Assembly: GCF_020745735.1 (NCBI RefSeq)
Contig: NC_083408.1
Span: forward strand, 56,822,484 to 56,886,483
Direction of reading: 5' to 3'
DNA length: 64,000 bases
Origin: Hemiscyllium ocellatum
Taxonomy: Eukaryota
In this document: in pieces, positions 12,508 to 23,305 of the stretch
Layout: each line of letters begins with the position of its first letter
Numbering within the stretch: the first letter of the stretch is position 1
Notes under the pieces: model-generated
Database searches by the model: none
The model's input: the letters and a program-made list of their open reading frames with translations, nothing else
What the model was told of the DNA's origin: nothing
Program-made: the position numbers and the translations under genes

Positions 12508-14257
12508 GGGAGTTGAATTTGGTTAGTTTAAACAGTGCTTGGGATAGCAATGGTTCTTTCAGTCACCAAGTTTTCTTGGGGTGGACGAAGTGACTTTGGG
12601 GGTTTTTACAAAAGGTGATTAAGGCCAAGCTGCTGAAATTCAGCTGAAGCTGTCTCCTTCTGTGATGAAAGGAGCATTTAAATTTGTTAGAAATGTCATC
12701 AGACTCTTTAGAGACAGCTAAAATTCAATTGAAAGTAAAGCAGCTTGAGTTACAGGCAAAAGAGAAGAGAAGGGCAACAGAAATGTAACAGTCGTCTGAA
12801 TTGTGATTAAAAGCAATGGAAAGAGAAAAAGAGAATTGCTTTAGTGGAACAAAAAGAAAGAGAGAGAAAAGGAAGAAGAGGGTGTTTGAACTTCAGAAAT
12901 TGGCACTTCGACGGGACAGTCAGCTCAAAAGGATGGAGATGAAAGCTGAAAGTAACCCGAGCGAGGATGAGCAAACCCAAGGTAGTGCAAGGCCTGGTGG
13001 GGATCTGTTGAAATACATTCAAATATTGCCTAAATTTGATGAGAAGGATGGCGAAGCCTTTTTCATCTCATTTGAAAAGGTGGCTAAATAGATGTGGTGA
13101 CTAGTGACCATGTGGGTTTTGTTGGTCCAAAATCCTCATGTGAAAAGGGAAAGGTAGATGTTGATGAAGATCATAACTTACCACAGGGTAAAAAGGAAAC
13201 CCTTGAAAGGGGAAGAGAAGTTAAAAAAGCTCCAGTGTTTTCACTGCAATAAAGTAGGCCACATGAACTCACAATGTCAGTGGGTTAGGAAAAGCACTGG
13301 GAAGCCAGATGAAGGAAAACAGGATAAGCCAGTGAATTTTGTTGGAGTGGTAATGGAAAACACAGTGGAGGCTAGAAAGCTGAACCAGCAAGTTGGTTAA
13401 GGAGGAAGTGCCAGATCTCCTTAAACCATTTTTCTGCGAAAGTATGGTTTACTCTCATAGGCCAGGAGCAGCAGGTAAAGAGGTTTCAATATTGAGAGGA
13501 TCTTGTGTCTCTTAATTTATGATGTTGAAAGATGAGGAGATATGTACTTCTGAACGACTTTTGCAGAAAAAGTGCTGGTAATAGGCATTCACAGTGAGAC
13601 AAGAAGCATTCAATTATGTAAAGTGAAGTTATAGTGTCTAGTGAAGAGTGAAGAAGTCATGATAGGACAACTGGACAAACTCTCAGCTCCAGGATTACAA
13701 TTTGTCCTTGCGAATGATATAGTTGGTTCACAGATAGGAGTGCTGCTTACTGAGGTTGAAAAGCCAGTCAGACAATTGCAGGACATTTACCCCGGATTTT
13801 GACTGTGTGGTAACAAGGTCCCAAAGTCACCAGTTGAAACAGGAGATTTCAAAGAGCACAGATATGAAAATTGAAGTGGAATTAGCAGATTCTGTTTGAT
13901 CAAGTTGTTGAGAAAAATTAGGAGCAAACATCTTTAGCTCAGATAAATTAACTGAGTTATAGCAGAATGATGAAAATTTAGGGTGATTGTATCAAAAGGC
14001 AGACACAAAAAAACGATCTGAATGTATCCCTGAATGTTATTATCTTAAAAATGATGTCCTAATGTGGAAGTGGAGACCATCACATATTCAGACAGATGAG
14101 AAGTGGGCAAACGTTCATCAAGTCGTATCTCTAGCGGGTTATAGAAAGGAAGTATTGCAAGTGACACATGTGCTATCTCTAGAGGGTGATTGAGGAATGA
14201 GGAAAACTGAAGCTAAAATATAAAAACATTTTTACTGGCCTGGACTGCACAAGGATG

Positions 14258-14303
14258 CTGCCTGACCTGCTGTGCTTTTCCAGCACCACTCTAACCTAGA
14301 CTG
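14258..14303 (+). mobile_element. Short PLE-terminus insert within gypsy integrase
   Basis: (ggatg)ctgcctgacctgctgtgcttttccagcaccactct matches 2154-2185 and splits GLHKD|VVGFC. Confidence 0.8.
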
Positions 14304-14921
14304 TAGTTGGATTTTGCCAGACATGTCGGACATATCAGGTAATTGGAAAACCACAGGCAGTAATAAAACCTGTACCTTTAATACCTGTTCCTGCAATTGA
14401 GGAACTTTTTACAAGAGCTTAATTGATTGCATAGGACTCCTACCTAAAACAAAAAGTGGGAATCAGTATTTGTTAACAGTAATGGATGTGTCCATTAGAT
14501 TCACAGAGGCCATTCCATTACACAATATCTTAGCTAAAAGGATTGTCAAGGAATTATTCACTTAGTTTTTCACTTAATACAGACTACCCTCAGACATATA
14601 TTCAGATCAAGGGTCAAACTTCACATCAAAATTATTCAAGGAAGTTTTGGATAGTTTAGGAATAAAACAATTCAAATCTACTGTGTACTATCCAGAATTG
14701 CTGGGAGCCCTGGAAAGGTGGCATTGGACATTAAAGACCATGTTCAGGGCTTATAGTCAGGACTATCCAGATGATTGTGATGAGGGAATTTCATTTGTGC
14801 TTTTTGCGATCTGAGATACACCAAATGCATCGACCAAATTTAATCCATTTGAATTAGTTTTTGGGCATGAAGTGAGAGGAATGCTAAAATTGATTGAGAA
14901 ATTAGTAAGTCAGAATTCAGA

Positions 14922-15010
14922 GATGAAGGGCTTATGCTCAAAACGTCGAATTCTCTATTCCTGAGATGCTGCCTGGCCTGCTGTGCTTTGACCAGCAACG
15001 CATTTTCAGC
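14922..15010 (+). mobile_element. PLE-terminus insert with truncated hammerhead motif within gypsy pol
   Basis: gatgaagggcttatgctcaaaacgtcgaatt...gatgctgcctggcctgctgtgcttt..ccagcaac.cattttcagc is homologous to 2111-2198. Confidence 0.85.
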
Positions 15011-16921
15011 ATTTAAAAGTATCACAGCATACAATGAAACACTAAGCAGACAAGAAATCAAAAACTCACAATTTTGCTATCGGGATTTGATTTTAGTGTT
15101 ACTTCCGTGAATGGTAATCCTTTTAAAGCTAAGGTATAATGGACCTTATCAGGTCGAAAGGAAATTGAGTGAGGTGAACTATTTGATAAGGATTCCAGAC
15201 AGAAAGAAATTTCAGAGTGTGTTAAGTGAATACACTCAAAAGGTATTTTGGCAGGGAAGGAAATCAAGAGGAGAAGGTGTTAATGTTTACAATGCAGAAG
15301 GAAGAGCCAGGTTCAGTGGATTCTGAACTGGATGTTCCTCAAATTAAATTGGACAATGAGGAAGTTTTCAAAAATTGGAATAAATTATTGAGTTACCTTC
15401 CAGAGGAAAATTGAAATGACCTGAAAGAGTTATTACTATCACGTGGGAAGTGGTAATCTAATAAACTGGGAAGTAGTAATCTAATTACGCATGATGTAGA
15501 TATAGGGAATGCTGTTCCGATTAAGTAGCATCCTTATAGGCCTAACCTCTAAAGTTGGCACAGATTCAAAAGGAGATTGAATACATGCTCCAAGATGACA
15601 TAATCGAAATGAGTTACAATGACTGGAGCTCACCTATGGTAATGGTGCCAAAACCAGATGGTACCCAATGATTATGTATGGATGATCGCAAAGTCAATGC
15701 AATTATAAAGACTGATTCATATCTGATTCTATGTTTGAAAAACTGTGTTGAATAGGTCAGATGAGCAACTTACATTTCTAAGTTGGACTTGCTCAGAAAG
15801 AGCGAAGGTACCTTCTGACAGAAATAGTGAAGACAATTTCGGCTTTTGTAACACTGAATTGACTGTATCAATTTAATGTTATGTCATTTGATATGAAAAA
15901 TGTGGCAGCAACATTTTAGAGACTAACCAATAAGGTCATTGCTGGATCACCCAATTGTGTCATATATATAGATTATTTTCAGTCACACGTGAAAGGAACA
16001 TTTGCAACATTTATCAGACTTGTTTGATCAACTTTGGAAGGCAGGCTTGGTGATAAAGCTGGCTAAAAGTGAATTTGCCAAAGCCCAAATCACCTTCCTG
16101 GGCCACGTCGTTGGACATGGACAAATGGCCCCATGGAATGCAAAAACAAAGATAACTGGGGAGTTTCCCAAACCATCAACAAAAAGAGCAGCACTACGAT
16201 TCCTGACATTGAGTGGATTTTGTCAAAAATTCGTACCATATTTTAGTAGTATGGCTATCCACACACTGAATTGCTAAAGAAAAGCAAGAAGTTTCAGTGG
16301 ACAGCAGACTGTCAGAAGGCATTTGACAGCCTGAAAGCTATGTTAACCACTGCCCCAGTATTAACTGTACCTTTTTATGCAAGGCCATTCAGAGTGGCTA
16401 TCGGTGCGAGTGATCTGGGTGTCAGTGTTGTGGTCTTGCAGGAAGACAGCGAGAAGTTAGAAAGACCTATTGGGTTTTTCTCCAGGAAATTGAACATTCA
16501 TCAGCAGAAATATTCGACAGTTGAGAAGGTAGCTTTGAGCTTGGTGTTGGCGTTACAACATTTCGAGTAACATGCCTGGGACAATCATAGACACTGATCA
16601 TTACCCATTGAGGTTTGTGGAAAAATTTAAGGACAAAAATGCCCGTCTGTTTAGATGGAGCTACTTGTTTCAGCCATTCAATTTGAAAATTGTGCACGTG
16701 GCAGGTCGAGAAAACATGAGTGCCAATTCATTGTTGAGACTTGAATGAGGAACAGAGGCGTTTGGTAGTAGGAGTAAAATGGACTGAAACAAATTGTAGT
16801 ACTACATGTTTGGATGATTATTGTCAATGTAATATAAGTCTGTTGTAGAATACTAACAATTTAGGTTAAAGCCATCTTTGGGTATTGATGGTTCATTTTT
16901 GTTTTTGAGAGTGGAGGCAGG

Positions 16922-17577
16922 TGTGATGCTGCTGCTCCTTTTAATAAGATTGTGTTTTCCTTGGTATTTTTTAAAGAGAGGTTATAAAAAAACATAGGTT
17001 CTAAAAAGTTTCTGTTTCAATGGATTTTAGGGCCAATATGATTATAACTAACAGATACTGCCTTGAGCATAAGGCTTTCAAGTTTTCCTTAAAAAAGTAT
17101 AATGAAAGGGGAATGACCAGTTCTCCTGCTCAGTTTTTCCCTGGTTTGATTTGGTTTTAGTGTCTGGCTATTCACTGAAAGGAGTTCAGACAGTTTTGAA
17201 GCTGTTGGACCCAAAGAGGCAAGTCTATGCTTGTACTGTCTCTCCGACTTCTCCCCTGTAAAACTCTGTGTTTGATTTTACCTTTTGTACCAAGGATGTT
17301 TAGGGGGATTTTTGTAAGTATTTGGAACAGCATCATTAAGTTGGTATAATTCCTTGGAAGTTCAAATGGTTAAAGCTATTCTGTACTCTCTTCTCTGTTG
17401 TTTGTATTTCATTTTGTAATCTTGTAAATAAATTCTGTTTGTTTAAAACTAAGTGGCTTCACCAACTGCATCCCTCTGGGAATATCCACATTACACCTCT
17501 TTTAAACAACTCGCAAAGTTAGGGCCTTAGGCCATTTTCCTGAAATGATTTGAGGGGGTCTGGCCTGGTTCATAACA
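16922..17577 (+). repeat. 3' LTR (~656 bp)
   Basis: TGTGATG...CATAACA, internal AATAAA, colinear with the LTR at 61999-62640. Confidence 0.9.
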
Positions 17578-17835
17578 CAGGGGATACTGGAAGATACCTT
17601 TCCCCTTGGTGGAGAGACCAGTGACAGAGTTGACAGGGATATTTTCATCAAGGAGGTGGGAATCTGAAACTCCTATCTATTAAGATTATAAAGGCAGACA
17701 CCACCAAACGTTTAGGAAGCATTTAAAGGTGCACTTGTAATACAAAGGGCCAGAAAATAACATTAGAATAATTAAGTGGTTGTTTTTGACCAATGCAAAT
17801 CCAAAAGGCCTTTTTCTGTGCTGTAAACCTCTGTC
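17578..17835 (+). mobile_element. CR1 LINE, right part (continuation of 11560-12356)
   Basis: Resumes CR1 3' ORF2 (tttccccttggtggag) and tail ggcctttttctgtgctgtaaacctctgt. Confidence 0.7.
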
Positions 17836-18379
17836 TGTGTCACTACATGATCTTTCAAAGAGATGGCTAACTGAAGTTTTTTGCGTTGTAACTAATTATT
17901 GATCCAATGAGGAAATTGGTTAAGCCATCAGAGATAGAGTACAATACATATCTTTTTCTATCTCACTCTGTCTTCATGTCCCATGTCCTAAGAATGCATT
18001 GACAACCTTAGACCTCTATTTCATATGCGAAGGTCCATGGTTATACTCAGCAGAGTATGTAGAACTGCCATTGCTTTTTGCAGGATGGCTGACCAGGATA
18101 CTCTCCCACCATCGGACATATGGGAAGGATTTGCAGATCGACAGTCAACCTATTTGGTCATATTAATGATGCACCTTTCATGGCCATCAAATTCTGGAAT
18201 CGACCTCAAAGCTCATGGCTCAGACACAGGACACAGAAACAGACACAGGCACAGCCCATTGCAAATCAACACACTCCTCCTTAGAATAGCTGCTATAATT
18301 GGCAAAATGGGACTTGGGGTGTCCTGCAAGATCCATGTTAGGTCTTCACCTTTTCATTGTATTTATGAGTGACTAATGG

Positions 18380-19120
18380 TGAGATAGAAAATTACATATC
18401 CTAGTTTGTCAAATTACATAAAAATAGGCAGTATTATAGTAAGTGTAGATGGAAGAATAAAATTACAAAGAGATATTAAATGATGAAGTGAATTGGCCAA
18501 TTTGAGCCAAATTGATTTCAGTGTAAGGAAATGTGAGATCATCCACTTTTTTTAACCCAAAAAGGATCGAATAGACTACTGTCTAAATTGTGAAAAGCTG
18601 GAAGCAGTGATTTTCAGAAATAAAAGTTAATTTAAAATGTTTAGTGGTGACTTAATTGAAGTTTTCAAGGTATGATGGAAACTGATAAGGTAGTTATAGG
18701 TGACCAATTGCTGCTGGTTGAGGAAGCTAAGACGAAAGATTTGAACCAGCCTTGCAGAAGTGACATGAGGAAAAGCTCTATAGAATTGGAATTCTCTCCT
18801 TCTAATGACAATTCATATGAAGTCAATTCTTATTTCTTAATTTAGAATTGATAAGTTTTCATTAAACAAATGCATTTAAAAATGTGGGACAAATATATTA
18901 GAGTTAATGTGATGAGTTAAATTGCAGGAGAAAGTGAGGACTGCAGATGCTGGAGATCAGAGCTGAAAAATGTGTTGCTGGAAAAGCGCAGCAGGTCAGG
19001 CAGCATCCAAGAAACAGGAGAATTGACGTTTCGGGCATAAGCCCAATTTCACTGAATGCTGCAATAGTCATTTGGGCTCATTAACTTACTCCTGTTCTAA
19101 GTTTATGTTTCCTATGCTCC
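18380..19120 (+). mobile_element. Old CR1 fragment (contains PLE insert)
   Basis: tacaaagagatatt...ggaaatgtgagatcatccacttt (KCE.IHF), gacttaattgaagttttcaag, and tail cttactcctgttcta. Confidence 0.55.
18926..19044 (-). mobile_element. PLE-terminus copy with full 3' tail
   Basis: Reverse complement reads gggcttatgcccgaaacgtc...ggatgctgcctgacctgctgcgcttttccagcaacacatttttcagctctgatctccagcatctgcagtcctcactttctcct. Confidence 0.85.
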
Positions 19121-19427
19121 TTTGTTACTACTTGGATTTGAAGCAATTTCAATAAGTAACTAATAGTTACTTGTAGGATCAAAATTCTCCACATCTCTTT
19201 CCCACCTCCAGTTTTCTTTGACTTCCTGCCAATGAATAACTGGCTGGATCTTTGAACTTCATGGTTAATAACAATTGGAACGGAACTATGAACTAATGTA
19301 CTTACTATAGCCTCTGTGGAATCATTAAGATATTCATTTTTAGTGAATCCAAATCTTCAAAATCAATTTTCTGAATTTAAGGTGCTTAGACGGCCACTCA
19401 ATCTATACAAGAACTATGTCTCATTTA

Positions 19428-19898
19428 GTCATAGTATAGAGATGTACAGCATGGAAACACACCCTTCAGTCCAACCCGTCCATGCCAACCAGATATCCCA
19501 ACCCAATCTAGTCCCACCCGCCAGCACCTGGCCCATATCCCTCCAAAACCTTATCATATACCCATCCAAATGCCTCTTAAATGTTGCTATTATATCAGCC
19601 TCCACCACTTCCTCTGGCAGCTCATTCCATAAATGTACCACCCTCTGTGTGAAAAGGTTGACCCTTAGGTCTTTCTTATATCTTTCCCCACTCAGCCTAA
19701 ACCTATGCCCTCTAGTTCTGGACTTCCTGACCCCAGGGAAGAGACTTTGTCTATTTATCCTATCCACGTCCCTCACAATTTTGTAAACCTCTATAAGGTC
19801 ATCCCTCTGTCTCTGACGCTCCAGGGAAAAAAGCCCCAGCCTGCTCAGCCTCTCCCTGAACAGCGCAGATCCTCCAAACCTCGAAACATCCTTGTAAA
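19428..19898 (-). mobile_element. CR1 LINE 3' fragment
   Basis: ORF 19429-19902: RERLSRLGLFSLE..R..DLIEVYKI...TRGH...FTQRVVHLWNELP. Confidence 0.92.
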
Positions 19899-19899
19899 T

Positions 19900-20620
19900 C
19901 AATTACATGCAGCATGTTAGAGTCTTTCCAAAATTGCTTTCACAGTTTGTATTCAGGCACTAGCAATGGGTTTGGTTGCACAGGGGCCTTGGTTTGTCCA
20001 GAATCTGTTTAGCAAGGATCACTCTCATTGTGATACTTTAACACCAACCATAAGATAGGTGGGGTTTGTCACAAGGAACTTACTTATGATTCCATGTTCC
20101 ATGATCCATAAGATGTCTGTAGGAAATTGCTCCATATGGGGATCTGGGATGAAAGACAAGCATTAGATGGTTTGAACAGATCATTGTGGAGTAGAAAGTG
20201 TAGCATAGATAGTTATGCCAACTAGCAGATTTGTATTAATTGGTAGATGTGTGGATGTGGTATTTGGGAAGACAGAATGATTGGAAGAGGTGTTCAGTGG
20301 AGGCTTCCAATTATAATGGACATTGTTGTATTCAATCAATGTCCACAATCTGTGCTGAGCTGTGCCAAACTAGTGGACAATATTCTGCTGTGGAGAATAT
20401 TAGAGCAAGTGCTGAGATTTGGAGTGTTGTGACAGCAGCAGCCCATATAGATCAGGTAATGTTGGCTAATAGGTTGTTTCTGCCTTTGACCTTTGCTGTT
20501 TTCTTTAGAATGAGTATCTCAAATTCATTCCAGAGTATATTGAATTGAGATCAATCTTTAGTTTCTCTTACCTATGTAAAGCAAACTTTTTTTTGGCACT
20601 GGCTTTGTGCAGGTGAAGAA
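19900..20620 (-). mobile_element. Possible decayed Tx1/L1-clade LINE fragment
   Basis: Minus-strand YSGMNL..LI..K..KVK..QNRLLA, IS..ALALIFSTAEYC..VW remnants; weak. Confidence 0.3.
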
Positions 20621-20837
20621 CAGTGCAAGTGAAGTACAGTGCATATAGTTTTGGAGGGACCATTTTTTTGCACCAGTTGTCAACTTTTGTTTAAGAATGA
20701 CAATGCAGAAGGATAAACTTTGGATGGCATGTATCATGAGCAAAGGTAAATGGACAGGAAGAGTTTGTTGGCAGGTCAATTGTAATATAGTTGAATTGGT
20801 GTTCGCACCTAGCTTCATGGTAATCTATTTTCTTGCC

Positions 20838-21995
20838 ATGGAACATTATAGTGCAGTACAGGTCCTTTGGCCCTCGATGGTTTCACAGGTCAGTGCATCA
20901 ATCTGAAGCTGATCCAACCTAAACTATTCAATTTTCATCCATATGTTTATCCAATGACTATTTAAATGCCCTAAATGTTGGCGAGTCTACTACAGTTGCA
21001 GGCAAGGCATTCCACGCCCCTACTACTCTCTGAGTAAAGAAACTACCTCTGACATTTGTCCATATGTATCACCCTCCCAATATAAAGCTATGTCACCTCG
21101 TGCTAGCTATCACCATCCAAGAAAAAACGCTGTCACTGTCCACCCTATCTAACTCTCTGATTATTTTGTAAGTCTCAACTATGTAACTTCTCAACTTTCT
21201 TGAGAAGCTAATGAAAACAGCCTCAAGTCCATCAGCCTTTCCTCATAAGACTTCCCTACATACCAGGAAACATCCCAGTAAATCTTCTCTGAACCCTTTC
21301 CGAAGCTTCCACCTCCCTCCTATAATTTGGTGACCAGAACTGTCCGCAATACTCCAAGTGCAGCTGCACCAGAGTTCTGTACAGCTGCAGCATGACATCA
21401 TGGCTCCAAAATTCAATCCCTCTACTAACAAAAGCCAATGCACCACATGCATTCTTAACAACCCTATCAAACTGGGTGGCAGCTTTCAGGGGATCTATGG
21501 ACACGGACACCAAGATCTCTCTGCTCATCTACACTACCAAGAATCTTACCATTTAGCCCAGTACTCTTTATTCCTGTTGCTTCTTCCAAAGTGAATCACC
21601 TCACACTTTTACACATTAAACTCCATTTACCATCTCTCTATGCACTCATCCAGGTCTTTTATAAAAATGACAAACAGCAGTGGCCCCAAACAGATTCTTG
21701 CAGTAAACCACTAGTAACTGAACTCCAGAATGAGCATTTCCCATCAATCACCACCCTCCATCTTCTTTCAGCTAGCCAATTTCTGATCCAAACTGCTACA
21801 TCACCCTCAATCCCATGTGTCTGTATTTTGTGCAATAGTCTGCCATGTGGAACCTTATCAAACACCTTACTGACATCCATATGCACCACATCAACCATTT
21901 TATCCTCACCCACCTGTTTGGTCACCTTCTCAAAGGACTCTTAGGTTTGTAAGGCACAACCTACCCTTCACAAAACTGTGTTGACTATCCCTAAT
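20838..21995 (-). mobile_element. CR1 LINE (RT to tail), decayed
   Basis: ORFs: QHSFVKGRLCLTNL, VDVVHMDVSKVFDKVPHGRLL, VTSG..Q.SV, SRGIEF.SHDVMLQLYRTLV..HLEYC.QFWSP. Confidence 0.9.
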
Positions 21996-22511
21996 CAACT
22001 TATTCCTTTCCATTTGTTCATAGCCTTCTCCATGTACTTCTCCTTTACCCAATGTTGACTCTGAAACATCCATTGAAACGGAGTTTTTGCCATATTCATG
22101 ACTCAAGTTTGAAACATTCTGAACATCTTTAGGAGCAGGCCAACATGCCACATTATCAGAAGCGGCTGTGGGGTCCATTAGTAATATGCTTGTGATGACA
22201 TGTAAATGCAAAAATATTGGCAGGCATCACATTGCCAGAATGTCATAGGGCAAATTTCCAGCAATGTCTCCATCTACAGCTGACAACTCCCACTGGAATC
22301 ATTCTTGATTTCTCTTTGTTTTAGATGATGGCTGTTCCTTGTGATCATCTGAGCCAGCCATCGGATGTATGCTCTAGTGTGATTGAGGCGCCTGATTGCA
22401 GGTCTGTCTGAAGTGTATGATTTAGGAGGGACTGCATGTATTATCTAGCTTGTCTTTTGTCCTTAGCTGCCTGTAATGTTTGTTGTTCAAAGGAAGTAAT
22501 GCTATTTCTTG

Positions 22512-22645
22512 AAACACAAACAGAAATTGCTGGAGAAAATCAGGTCTGGCAGCATCTGTGGAGGGAAAGCAGAGCTAACTTTAGGGTCCAGTGACACTTC
22601 TCCAGAAGTGATTGTAGCTCGGAAAAGGTATTTATGCTGAAGACA
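22512..22645 (-). mobile_element. Degraded PLE-terminus copy
   Basis: aaacagaaattgctggagaaa..caggtctggcagcatctgtggag...ggtccagtgacacttc is the reverse complement of the 4333-4452 type. Confidence 0.65.
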
Positions 22646-22989
22646 GAGACGTGGTTGTTACTGACCTGAGGTATCAAACTTGCAACAAAACCTTGTGTAC
22701 AAAGCAGTACCTATTTCCACCTAATTGTTTATCCAAGACTTTTGTACCATGTTTATATTCCTTCTTAAAACACCTCTAGTTATATTGTTATTCCTTTGTT
22801 ACCGATTAATAGTTATCTTGAAACAGATGTAATATGACTGACTTTTTTTTTACTCAAAATTGTGTTGTTACAGGGCTCCGATTCCTATTTACAACTCAAG
22901 GCTATTGAATCGTCCTCTCGTTATCAACGCTACACCATAAACCTGGTCCTCTCCAATACCGGTTAAGCTGCTCAGAGCCTTTGGCTCCT

Positions 22990-23215
22990 TTCCATTGTAA
23001 AGCAACAATCCTATTGCAGGCGTGTTCGAAACACGCAATGTTTGTCAAACCCTCATATTTGTAAGCACTTTTTCCTGGAGAGGGTCTCTTTAAAGTGCTG
23101 AATTCCAACTTCCTGTCGACGGGGCACAGGATGCACAAGTCATAAATATAATTCTCAGACTTCCCTTAGAGCTGGGGCGTGTTTGAGTTTGATCCCTTAC
23201 AGTCGGGAAGCAGGA
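22990..23215 (+). promoter_or_regulatory. Putative CLEC14A proximal promoter
   Basis: SOX motifs CATTGT (22993) and AACAAT (23004); ETS motifs ACTTCCTG (23108), ACAGGATG (23126) and CGGGAAG (23204); TATA-like CATAAATATA (23141); KLF/Sp GGGGCGTG (23174). All within 320 bp of the ATG. Confidence 0.5.
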
Positions 23216-23305
23216 GTCAAGTGGAGACAAAGCTAACCAACTTGAGTGCCTCCCAGTCTGAGAAAGCTACACTAACGCAAATACCCTTGTTGGGGGACTC
23301 TTAAC

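Larger units (their letters stand above)
12357..17577 (+). mobile_element. Gmr1-like Ty3/gypsy LTR retrotransposon (gag-PR-INT-RT-RH order), decayed
   Basis: TG...CA ends and 4-bp TSD CAGG (12353-12356 / 17578-17581). Gag LPKFDEKDGEAFFISFEKVA and CCHC knuckle CFHCNKVGHMNSQC. Integrase (FYWPGL, PLIPVP, SDQGSNFTS, YHPE..GALERWH, GPY motif) at ~14000-15200 lies upstream of RT (HPYR, WSSP.VMVPKPDG, KSEFAKAQITFLGH) and RNase H (ASDLGV..VLQ, FFSRK, YSTVEK). Purine tract at 16907-16921. Confidence 0.92.
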
